Source: Paraspadella gotoi (Eukaryota > Animalia > Chaetognatha). Taken from it: DNA of 64,000 nucleotides. Shown piece by piece: positions 11,252 to 22,203 of the stretch. The stretch lies in assembly GCA_051294375.1 (NCBI GenBank), contig CM119265.1, positions 22,588,591-22,652,590 on the forward strand, given 5' to 3'. Each line of letters opens with the position of its first letter. Positions within the stretch are counted from its first letter, which is position 1. A program made the position numbers and the translations under genes. The notes under the pieces were generated by a model that worked only from the letters and a program-made list of their open reading frames with translations, was not told the DNA's origin and did not search any database.

Positions 11252-13321
11252 ATGATCAAGTCAAAACTTTTGGTTCATATTTTGCAACAAAACAAAACAT
11301 TTTGTCCGAATCTAATTCTGCCACACGTCGTTTACAGTACTGAACAGCATCGACAAAAATATCGAGTTGAAAACGACTTGAAAGCTAAGTCAAAGAAACG
11401 AAATCATCATCCCCGCCACGACTGGATCAGATCCGCTCAACTCCCCAACAAATTGTTATCGGAAATTATTGCTAAGGATCTTAAAGGAGAAGTTAAATGG
11501 AAAAGCCAAAGAACTTCACTAAAAGACAATAACACTTTTCCACGATACAGCGATGACGTCAAGGATTTCGAAATCGTTAATTTTAATAAATTTGCTCTGT
11601 TACCATCTTATTCGAAGATTTTCCAAGTGAAATCCAACGATGCCTTTCAGTCGTTTCGAGAACTCAGAACTACCCTGAGAAAGGTTCCAGACGATGCCTC
11701 CGTTGACGATGTCGTCGATATTCTCGAGAAGGCCATCCATTTCTACGAGTCAAAGCGTTCACTGAATGTCGGGACGAAGCGGATTCGAAAGATCGGGGTC
11801 AGTTTAAAAAACTCCGATGTCAAAACCGATTGGATTTATTTTTACAAGAGAGTCTGGGCTAATTCATCAGGGGACCTCAACGACGACCTCGAAAAAATTT
11901 TGTATGTATCGTCGTTGTGGTTCCGTCTTTCCGTCAAGGCCTGTAATCTTTACACCCAATGCTTTCGCTTATTGTCGGAGAAAACTTCGAAAGAAAACTT
12001 GATTGCTTGCGTTTTTTACAAAGCCATCAGTCAGCACAATGGGTTGGCGGAAGACAAGGCTATATTTAAAACGCTAGAAAAATTATTGGCAAAAAACTCT
12101 TTAAATTTTACCTTTGCGGAAATACTATCGATTTTCGAATGTTATTTTCGATCGAGACAAATTATATCCCAGAATCATCTGAATGTTAATTCAAAGCTTG
12201 TCAAGAGAGCTTTTGATGAGTTACGCTCGGGAAACTACATGTCCACTCATGAAACGAAATTAATTTTAAAACATATAAAATTAAATCCATTAAGTATAAC
12301 GGACGACTCGTTAATCACTGAGCTCGGGGACGCCTTGAACGCCTGTGACTTTTTCGAAGTGGAAAAAGGTCTTCATGGACAGTGCTTAATCTTGGGGGCT
12401 TTACACGCATGCAGATTCTACGACGAGGATTTGTTGGCTTCGTCCTTGAAGCAAATTCTGGCTCGAGTCAATAGCATAGGATTTCTCGACGAGCGGTCAA
12501 AGGAAGTTTCGCGCGTCTTCGCGTATCTCGCATCTTTCGACGTCCACCTCGAAGATCGAGTCATAGAAAGGTTTTTGGATTATTTTAAAAAGAGACTAGA
12601 ACCGGGACGACTTGACCTCTACGGTTCAAGCATCGTCGTCTTCATGAAGGCATTCGCTTGGCGCGGATTGATAGATCACGACTTATTCGACGCTTTTTTC
12701 TCCTCGAAAATTCTTCACCTTCGTGACGAAACCTTGCCAAATATAAACGGTCCGGGATCTCACGTCAAAAATCCCTGGATTGACATCTTGCTACTCGACG
12801 AAATTGTGGGAATTCTCGCTCCGGATTACAAGGGGACGCGACTCTCGGAAAGATTTAAGAAAACGGCGGAGAGAAACCTCGAAACTTTCGAAAGACCCAA
12901 CATAAAGTACGAATTGTACTATCGAAAGGGCCTATCGAAATTCGTCCATGCCACCAACCGATTCATCTCTTCCGCCACTGCTTGTAAGAGTAGGTACGTG
13001 GAGCCTCTTTTCCTTCTCGAGAGATTCGGGCAAGCCGACGTCGTTTTGCGACTCGACGCCGATAACCGACCGATTGCGCAATTGAAAGAAAAGGAAGCTC
13101 GTCGCAAAATTGCGTTCCAAATAATGGGACGAAACCAAACTTATTTCGACAAAAACGGTATGGAAATTTCGAAAAGGAACGTCAAAAGTCTGTGCTTAAG
13201 TAAACTGGGATACGAACTTTATACAGTGAGTTGCACGGATGCTTTAAAATTCCACTTTGCCAAAAATAACGAAATATTGGTTGAAAAAATGTTGGATGAC
13301 TTGAACGTCAATCTCTCTTGA
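11252..13321 (+). CDS. FAST kinase domain-containing mitochondrial RNA-processing protein (FASTKD5-like, C-terminal RAP domain), intronless CDS
   Basis: Single ORF of about 690 aa with a basic N-terminus, a helical Leu/Phe-rich body, DILLLDEIVGILAPDYKGTRL and a RAP-like end RKIAFQIMGRNQTY...KSLCLSKLGYELYTV. Confidence 0.72.
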   Translation: MIKSKLLVHILQQNKTFCPNLILPHVVYSTEQHRQKYRVENDLKAKSKKRNHHPRHDWIRSAQLPNKLLSEIIAKDLKGEVKWKSQRTSLKDNNTFPRYSDDVKDFEIVNFNKFALLPSYSKIFQVKSNDAFQSFRELRTTLRKVPDDASVDDVVDILEKAIHFYESKRSLNVGTKRIRKIGVSLKNSDVKTDWIYFYKRVWANSSGDLNDDLEKILYVSSLWFRLSVKACNLYTQCFRLLSEKTSKENLIACVFYKAISQHNGLAEDKAIFKTLEKLLAKNSLNFTFAEILSIFECYFRSRQIISQNHLNVNSKLVKRAFDELRSGNYMSTHETKLILKHIKLNPLSITDDSLITELGDALNACDFFEVEKGLHGQCLILGALHACRFYDEDLLASSLKQILARVNSIGFLDERSKEVSRVFAYLASFDVHLEDRVIERFLDYFKKRLEPGRLDLYGSSIVVFMKAFAWRGLIDHDLFDAFFSSKILHLRDETLPNINGPGSHVKNPWIDILLLDEIVGILAPDYKGTRLSERFKKTAERNLETFERPNIKYELYYRKGLSKFVHATNRFISSATACKSRYVEPLFLLERFGQADVVLRLDADNRPIAQLKEKEARRKIAFQIMGRNQTYFDKNGMEISKRNVKSLCLSKLGYELYTVSCTDALKFHFAKNNEILVEKMLDDLNVNLS

Positions 13322-13582
13322 CGGTTGACATCGAGATTAAACCATTTACGTAATCGTTGACTGGTATTTGAATTGTCGTTATTTCTTCGTTAACAACCGG
13401 TTTATTTTTTCAGAGTCCTTAGTGTCGATTAATGATAATATTCAAAATTGACGACGAATAATGAAGATCCGCCACAAATCGGGTATTTCCTTCCTGTCTC
13501 CTTAACGATACGAAATATTGGCAAATCTCTCTCGAAGCGACGACCACTTATTCATAAAAAAAACAGCAAAAATTTTATCACC

Positions 13583-16500
13583 ATGTCCCTTTTTCCAGGC
13601 CCCTTGGGCCTCCCCGCTTTTCCTGCGGTCCCCCCCGGCCACGAGGCCATTTACTGCGCCTGCAGGAAAACTTATCCTGACCAGAGCAACCCTCTGCAGG
13701 TGACGGCACTGGTTAAGTACTGGATGGGCGGACCAGATCCCCTAGACTATATCTCTATGTACTCAAACCCTGGCGACCCCGCTCAAAAAATCCCATCGCA
13801 CTGGCATTACGTCTCTTTCGGTCTCAGCGACCTGCACGGCGATGGTCGCGTCCATGACTTGCAGCATCAGGTTTATTCTTCTATTATATTTTTCAGGCGA
13901 CAATGAATTTATCATTGTAAAAATGTGTATTATCACCAATGCTGAGGGTAAGAAGGGATAAACCCTTTGTTCCTTTCAAATAGCAAAGCGCGGACAGCGG
14001 CTTTACTTCCGGTTTCGGTTTTGAACTTACCTTCCGACTGAAAAAAGAGCCCAACGAGACCTCACCTCCCACGTGGCCTGCCGCTCTCATGCAGGCCCTC
14101 GCCCGTTACGTCTTTCAGGTTAATCACGATTGGAATATATCCATTGGAATACCTTCAAATGGTTCAAAGGTCCTGAATTCGTGTTTAATTTGATAATAAT
14201 CAGTAATCAACTAATAATTTTCTTTCTTTTCGTCGCGGTTGAGAAATAGAAAAAAAAATTGTTTTTTGATTTTTCAACGATTTAAATGAATTTTGTTTTA
14301 ACAAGTTTAAGCAAACAATGTCGGATCTGCCCACGATCATTATCGTAATTAATTAATTAATAATTAATTGATTCAAGTTAATTATTTAATTAATTCGGCA
14401 ATTAATTAATTTGATCTGAAATGTTTGTTTTGATTGATTAATTGACTGATTAATTATCGATTAATTAATTGACTAATTGATTAATTAACTGATTAATTAT
14501 TTGATTATTTAATACATCTTGCATTTACATTTAACATAAAAATAAAAAGAAGCATAATCAATTAGTGAATTTAATTTTAAAATTTTAATCCATTTAAACT
14601 CATTTCCACTGAAACGATTCCATCGAAACTTGAATTCCAGTTTTCTACCCAAATACAAAATTTCAAGTCAATAGCCCCATACACACATGAGTAATTGGTG
14701 TTCAAATAGTGAAATATATTTTTTTGTTTTTTTCATTTAAACTCATTTCCACTCGGACGATTCCATCGAAACTTCATATATATATCCAGCTCAATCACAC
14801 ACTTCCCTACTCACACACAAAATTTCATTCCAATCCATCCATCCAATCACGAGTAATTGGGGTTTTTTGCTAAGGTGGGACGGACATAATTTATCATAAT
14901 TCGATGTTCTGACATGATATAAGTGAATGCCCGACAAGATTGAGGGGGCGGACCGACGGGAGGAAGAGGGAGAGAGGGAGGAAGAGTAAGAGAGGAAGAG
15001 AGATACAAATTTTTTCAACAAAGAATTGAGAGAAAGCATGATTAGTTTGATAGTATCATGTTTCAGCCGAGGACAGAGAGAGATAGTGAAAAGAAATGAA
15101 ATTTTGGTAAGAAATGGAGAAATATTACAGCATTACATTATATGAACTGCCACCCCGGCCGGACAGAGACATTGTTTAAATAAAAAAATTTATCGTTGCC
15201 GAGTCAAAAACAAATTTTTATCTCGCCAGAAGGCCGAGGCCCCTCTTGGGTGAGATAATGGTTTACTATTTGTTTTTAGATCTATAAAGTAATATGTTTC
15301 ATATGGATGAAAGTAATTTTTTTTGAAATTTCCTTCACAGTATGATTAATTGTAAACCTAAAAATAAACAAGTTGGTGCAATTATTTTTTTAATTAATTA
15401 ATATGTTATTAACTAATTTTATTTAACTATTTAGTATTTACCGCTAATGATTGTGGGCTGATCCGGCATTGTTTGTTCATTGTGATTTTAAGATTTTTAA
15501 AATTTTTTTAATTGTAACGTCTGGCAGGATGACTATCTTATGATTTTTTCTAATGATAATGATAATGATTAAAAAATAATATTTGATAAATATAACTATA
15601 AGTATAAGGTGAAAAATAAATATTGCTTTGCAGAGCGAAAATATCCTATGTTGTGGTGATCATGTGTCTTGGCACGCCTCCCTCGACGGGTCCGAGTCGC
15701 GTGTCCAACACATGCTCATGGCGGAGGATCCTCAGCTTGCATCAATCAATTCGCCCTTCGGCAAAGTCGCCTTCATTCAGATTGTCGGGGTCTGCCTCGA
15801 AGAGTTGCAGGTTTATATGCCGAGATGCTTCCTCTAGCTGGGGGGGATTGGGGTGCCTGCAATAGAGGATGAACAAGCGTTTCGCTGATGAACGAGCGTA
15901 TCTGTCTTTTTCCGCCAGGCTTCGCAGCAGTGGAACGGTCTCGGCGTCTTGGAACTGATGCGTGAGACGCCGGCGGCTGGGGGAAGTTATCTCATCACCG
16001 ATATGCGGAGGCGGGACACCATTTTCGCGATTAACCCGGGTCTTCAGGAAAAGGTCAATCAATTACCATAATTTTGCAAAAAGGATATGAATATTCTTTG
16101 GCAACAGCCGGGTTGCTTGTGATGCCCATTGAGATGGGGCATCTCACTTTTGTCTTCGGGGGCTTCCGACCCTCAGTGACGCCTCCTGTCATTGGCGCGG
16201 TTACCCCTAGACGATCTCGCTTTGCCAAAGCAGAGGGAAGTCGATAGGACTGTGGATGCAACACAATGCCAGGGATGGTGTGTTCCCCCTCTGAGTCAAT
16301 GGGATTGGCTGAACGATGGACGTGAGGCGGTGTGAATATACCGCCACAATTCTACCTTATTTTCACTTGCCTCTTTTTGTCATTCAGGTGGAGCAAGGCA
16401 TCGTCTCCGAAGGTTCCAATTTAAGCGGCGTGTCCGCCCGTTGCGCTTGGGAAGAAGGGGCAGAATCCGATTGGGAAAACGATGACGACGACGACGTCGA

Positions 16501-17464
16501 AAACGAGGATCCCCTCACCTTCTCTCGCGGAAAATCCGCCGGAAACGGCTTGAAAGGCCCCTCTCAACAAGTTCACCACCAGCGCGACAGTGACCCCAAC
16601 GACGACATCGACGACAGCGACGAGGATTTCGACGAAGATATCGACGGACCGCTTGGGGCTGACGTCGTTTTTCCGGAGTCTGATTCGGACGAAGATGCGA
16701 ACGGTTCTGCCCGACGACGACTTCTGCCTGTGGGCGGCGCCAGCGGTGGCGAATCAAGCGCCAACACGAGCGGCGAGATCGCCGATCCAAAATCGCTGAC
16801 GAAGGCGAAAAAGAACAAAATAAAGAGCACGCTGATGAAGGGTCTGGCCAAGACTGGCTCATCATCAAACGTGAAAGCTGCGTCGTCGTCGTCAACCTCC
16901 TCCAAACCGCTCAATCCCGTCTTGACCAACTCTGCTCGTTCCTCAAAGGAACGGCTTCACTCCGGCGCCTCTCTAACTTTCGGCGGAGGAGGCGGTCGAA
17001 GCAGCTCAAAAGCCTCCAAGTGCTCGAGTCGAATGGACACGGAAAGTTGCGGCGGTTCGTCTTCGGCGGCGGCCGGAGTTGCCAAGGCAAGCTTGGCCCC
17101 GGGCGACCGTTTCCTGGAAACGGGGGTTCATCTTAAGTTCAACCTCGAGGCTGGTACCCTACTTCTGTTGGCGTTTCGCGGCCGGCTTCGGCACGGACGA
17201 CACTTCACCTTTAAGTCGGTCCTCGGCGACGTCGCCATTACTTTCGTTACCCCCAATATCGTGGGAGCGCTTTGTACGGAGGAGCACCCCTACGCTGCTC
17301 ATGGCCCTTGGTTGCAGGTTCTTCTCATGGAGCACATGTTGAACGATATTCAAAACGACATCGAGGCCTCGCTAGCAGATCCGTCCAGCGTTCCCTCTCT
17401 GCCCAAAACTTTTCGGTGGCCGGAAAACCGACTCAGCATTACCATAGTCTCAGAGGAAATGTGA
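13583..17464 (+). CDS. SUFU: Suppressor of fused; exons 13583-13870, 13984-14118, 15634-15810, 15919-16053, 16388-17464
   Basis: YPDQSNPLQVTALVKYWMGGPDPLDYISMY, HWHYVSFGLSDLHGDGRVH, GFGFELTFRLKK, EGSNLSGVSARCAW and RGRLRHGRHFTFKS. GT-AG boundaries keep the frame. Confidence 0.97.
14311..15475. mobile_element. About 1.15-kb element bounded by about 34-bp inverted repeats in SUFU intron 2
   Basis: caaacaatgtcggatctgcccacgatcattatcg (14312) vs cgctaatgattgtgggctgatccggcattgtttg (15442). Internal (ttaattga)n low-complexity tract and an internal direct duplication at about 14591 and 14734. Confidence 0.55.
16097..16348 (-). mobile_element. Solo LTR of the miniature LTR element at 49903-50645
   Basis: Colinear, diverged copy of the 254-nt LTR, flanked by the 4-bp direct repeat ATTC (16093-16096 and 16349-16352). 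Confidence 0.88.
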
Positions 17465-18090
17465 GGATAATTCGAGATGGAATTTTGCAAGTCTCGTTTA
17501 ATTCACCGCAATGCCAGAGAAAAATGTGCGAATCTTTGCTTATGGAACTTTAGTTCAATTTACTAAATACAAAACATACAAAAATATTTTCAGATATTTT
17601 GTTTCTTTAGTAAAGTATGTAGTTTTTGAATGACGAAACATATTAATTATTATGACGATGCGAGATTTAAAGTGTTTGCCGTTGCTCGTGGGAAATTTCC
17701 TCTCATGTTTATCATCTCTATATAGTGTGGTAGCGTTTGTTCTTTTTAAGAAAATTGATCACATTAATTATTATTGTTGTTCGTTTTAAATATTGTTTTC
17801 CAGTTTACAATCTTTACAATTTACTTACCAGATACTTGGTTTTATTTACCGCGCGTTTTTGCTAATATCCCCACTTGCCTTTTTCTTCCCATTGTTTGTT
17901 GCTTTGCACGCGTGAGTCCGCCAATTTATTTTCCGACGGGAGAAGCCGTTTTGGTTATTTCGAGAAAATCCGCCAAAACCACTCTGTCATTATGATTATG
18001 TAACAATCTGTTTTGTGTATGTTGCCTTTTTTATATAAAAAGATTATGTATTATACATAGTAAATATTGTCATCAGCCGCTGATTGCAAA

Positions 18091-21000
18091 ATGGCCAGCA
18101 GTGGCGATGACGACGACGTCGTCGATTCGCATCCACCCACGCCTGGCGCGCCTTTGATGATGGGTGAGAACATGCATAAAACACCTAAAATATGGAATGA
18201 TTGAAACTATGATTTGACCGTATTTTTAATTCGAGATCCTGACCTCGATCACGGCGACGATTCTCGGGAAGACGCGGATTTGGGGGCGGGGAGCGTCGAG
18301 GACAGAGAACAACATCAAAGTAGGCTCGATCAGTTATTATCTAGATTTGGGTACGCCGACTAATCGTTGTCCCTTTATAAAAAATAAAAAAACACAGGAC
18401 TCGATCGAAAGCGTCGACGCAGCGGAAGCGGCGGCGAAGCTGACGACGCCGACGACAACGCCGAAGACGAGGATAACGACGACGACGACGACGACCACAG
18501 CCGTAGCCCGAAGTCGAAAAGGGCGAAGAAACACAAGAAACACAAAAAACACGCGCACAAGAAGAAGAAGAAGCATCGACGCCGCGAGGAGGACGAGGAG
18601 GAAATCGGCGCCAGTGAAAGTGATAAGGGAGAGGATGACGTGCAGGAAGAGCGGAACGAGGAGCGGAGGAAGAGGAAGAAAAAAAAGAAGAAAAAGAAAA
18701 GGCGTCGATCTTCTGAGGAGGAGGAGGAGCGAGAAGAAAACTCAGACGAGAACCCCGAAGAGAACGCCGAAGTGAACGCCGAAGTGAACGCCGAGACTCG
18801 GAATTCTGGGTCGCCCGATAAAGGTTCGGCTAAAAAGTTTTTCTTTTTTTTTTTATGAAAGTGAAGTTTGAAGGAGAAAGGCATTTCGAGAACTAAACTT
18901 CTCTTTTCTTGTTTAAAATTTAGAGCAAACCCCCGCCAGTCCTGCTGGTAGTCCTCTCGCTAGTCCTGTAGCAACCCCCCCGGCCACTCCGAACGAAAGC
19001 TCCGCACTGAGTCCTGCCGTCACTTCCATCCAAGCGTCTCCTTCAGAAGATACGGTCCAAAGTCTTGCGGAGGAGGATATCGAAACGCGGAAGTCCCCGA
19101 GAGAGGACGGACCGGACGGATGGACTAGAGAAGAGGACGACGAGGAAGAGGGCAAGGATGAGGAAAGCGGAACTGAGGACGAGAAAAGAAAAGAGACGTC
19201 AGTTGAAGAAACTGAGAAGTCGGAAGAAGAGAGAAGAAGCGGAGGGGATGAGGAAGAAGAGAAGGAAACGGGAGACAGCGGCGCCGCAGAACCGATCGTC
19301 AACGGCGAAAGCAGCGCCGAGGAACAACGAGTTTCCGGCGCCAGCGGAAGTGATAAGGATGTCGAAAAGACTGAGGCGAACAACAAGACTGGGTTGACGT
19401 CCGACGACGACGACCCAGTAGGTGACGAACAAAAAGACAACAAGGTCCCAGTCGACGACCACACCGGTCTAACTTCCAGGTCAGCGAAATCTGAGCAGTT
19501 GGTCGTCTTTCGATTTTCGCTCTGTTGAAAATATAAAGTTCGTTTTATGATCGCTTCTGAGGATTTGCTGATAAGTTAACGGGGAAATAATGATAATAAA
19601 ACTTCAGCAGTCACGCTGCACTCACAAAAAAGAAAAAGAAAATCGGCCAAATCCACCCTTTTCGTTCGGCCGGGAGAATTTTTAATTGCATACATGAATC
19701 TCTCTATTTTTTTCCGTCAAAATCTATCATCAAAGTTTTAACTAATCGAGTTTGTTTTTCTAGCGACGAAGAAGACGACGAAGCGCAAAAATCTAAAACC
19801 GAGGATAAACACACGGGGCTCACTTCGTCGGAGGACGACAGGTACTTTCTATCTCCGTTTTTTTCACTGTATTTTCACTTATTTTGTTTCTGCGTAATTG
19901 GATTAAACTCGCCGAGACCCGGGACCTTTCTATTTAAATTAGTTTTATTTTCCTCTCGATGAGAATCCGGGTCCCAAGAGGAAAATTTCAAAGCTCGTGA
20001 ACTTTTATGAACTTGGGATTTTTTTACGCTTTTCGCCCTTTCGTCTTTCAGCGACGCAGAGACTCGGAAGAAACCCGCGGCGGACAACAAACAGATCGAG
20101 GAGGATCTCTTCGGCGACGCCAGCGACATCTCCTCCGACGAGGGCGTCAAGAAGAAGCTTACCATCGCCGACGAGAAATCAGATTCGGAAGGAGAACGAC
20201 CTAAACAACGAGCGCAGGTTGGAATCGTGGGTTTCGTTGACTTTTTCTTTTTATTTGTACTTAGTCCACCCTCAAGACTTCTGCTTTTGCAGATCGCATC
20301 TGACGATGACGAAGTCGAAAGAGAAGGCGGTGAAGAAGGCGACGACGAAGGTATTCGCATTATGCTCATTATTATAAAATCAACAAGTTTTTATAATTTC
20401 CTATTTAAAAAAAAATGTTTGGCAGAACGGGACGTGGCCCGCGAGGGGGACTCTGACGACGAGGAAAAGGACAAGGAAGCCGGGGAGGAAGGAGAGAAAG
20501 ATCAAGCCCCGCCGGAGGAGACCAAGATCGAAGTAGAGATTCCTCGGATAAAGTGAGAGACGACATATTTCTGAAATCGATTTGGAAAAGAATTCTTGAA
20601 AATCAGAAAATTACTTTATTATTGTTAACAAGTTTAACGATTAACTCGATAAACTTTCAAGGTGCGATCTCGGTCGGGAACTTCATTTCGTCAAGTTACC
20701 CAATTTCCTTTCGGTGGAGACCCGTCCCTTCGATCATCAATTTTACGAGGATGAGATCGACGAAGACGAAGTCTTAGACGAGGAAGGTCGTGCCAGGTGA
20801 GTCAATGACCCCGAAGAAGAGGATGGGAATCACATTTTTTTAAAAATTATGTGCAGAGTAGAATGAAACCGAATTTTCCCGCAGACTCAAGCTTAAGGTG
20901 GAGAACACCATTCGGTGGCGCCAGGGCTTCGACGAGTTGGGCAACGAAGTACGCGAGAGCAACGCTCGGATTGTCAAGTAGGAAGCCCAGCTCGCGAACA

Positions 21001-22029
21001 TTGTTCCCAACTAATCTTGATTAATTCCCCTTCACCGCAGATGGTCCGATGGATCCATGTCGCTTCATTTGGGCCAGGAGATCTTCGACGTCTACAAGAA
21101 CACAATCCAAGGAGACTTTAACCACCTGTTTGTTCGTCAGGGCACGGGTCTGCAGGGTCAATCGGTCTTCCGCACTAAGCTCACTTTCCGACCTCACTCG
21201 ATCGACTCGGTCACCCACCGGAAGATGACCTTGTCCCTCGCCGATCGGAGCTTTAAGACCAATAAGGTCAAAGTCCTGCCCATCGCCGGCCACAATCCGG
21301 AGAGCAACAGGCAGGCGTTGCTCAAGAAGGAGGAGGATAAGTTGAAGACGACCGTCAGGCGGGAAGCGCAACAAAGAAGGATAAAAGAGAAGCAGGCTTC
21401 TAAAGGTTTTAATCATTAGTAATGATTAACAATTTAAAGCAATAATAACAATCGATTGTTCGTTTCTAACTTAGGACTCTCATCCGGTTATTTGGACGAC
21501 GATGACGACGACGAAAATACCGTATCAATCAGCAAGTTGAAAAACAAATACAAGCAAGATAAGAGCGGAAAAAGCGCACCAGCAAAGACGCAGATTTATT
21601 CCTCTGACAGGTTCGTTTCCCCCCCCCCTCGTCCCCAATCAAGATTTGTAAAGGGAAGAGCTCGGTCTTTGAATTTTTTCGCAGCGACAACGATTCATAC
21701 GGTTCCGACATCGAGACGAAAAAGAGGCTGAATAAAGCGAAAGCCATCGAGAGCGAGAACGACAGCAGCAGCGAGAGTGAGTGGTGAAAAAAAAATTGCG
21801 TTATCGTTGTCCTCGTCAAAGAATAAAATCGATGAATCGAGATTAGGAGGAAAATGATGTCCCGCGTGGCGTTTTTGCAGGCGACAAGAGAAAAGGCAGC
21901 GACGACGACGATAGCGACGACGAACCCAGGGCAAAGAAACGACAAACGTCTTCCGCCAGCGAAGGAGAAAGCGGAAAAGAGGATGTCGGGAAGAAAAACG
22001 AAAGCGATGCCAACGACACCAGCGATTGA
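18091..22029 (+). CDS. LEO1: RNA polymerase-associated protein LEO1 (PAF1 complex), multi-exon with a long acidic N-terminus
   Basis: [69 protein letters not shown] and [24 protein letters not shown]. Confidence 0.95.
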
Positions 22030-22203
22030 TATTCTTTCGTCCTCCGCCCGGTTTTAGTCTTAGCGTTTAAAGTTTTGACTATTTGTCCTTCTAAAAAAAA
22101 AAAAGAAAAAATGTTTTAGCATTTCATGCCTTCTTATATAAATTCGTATGTTGTTTCGAATTCGTTCGTTTCTTATTTTGTCATTTCTTTTTCGCGAGTA
22201 GAA

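Noticed and set aside
18337-19464. Arg-rich and Ser-rich ORFs overlapping LEO1
   Set aside because: Off-frame and antisense shadows of the acidic low-complexity LEO1 exons.
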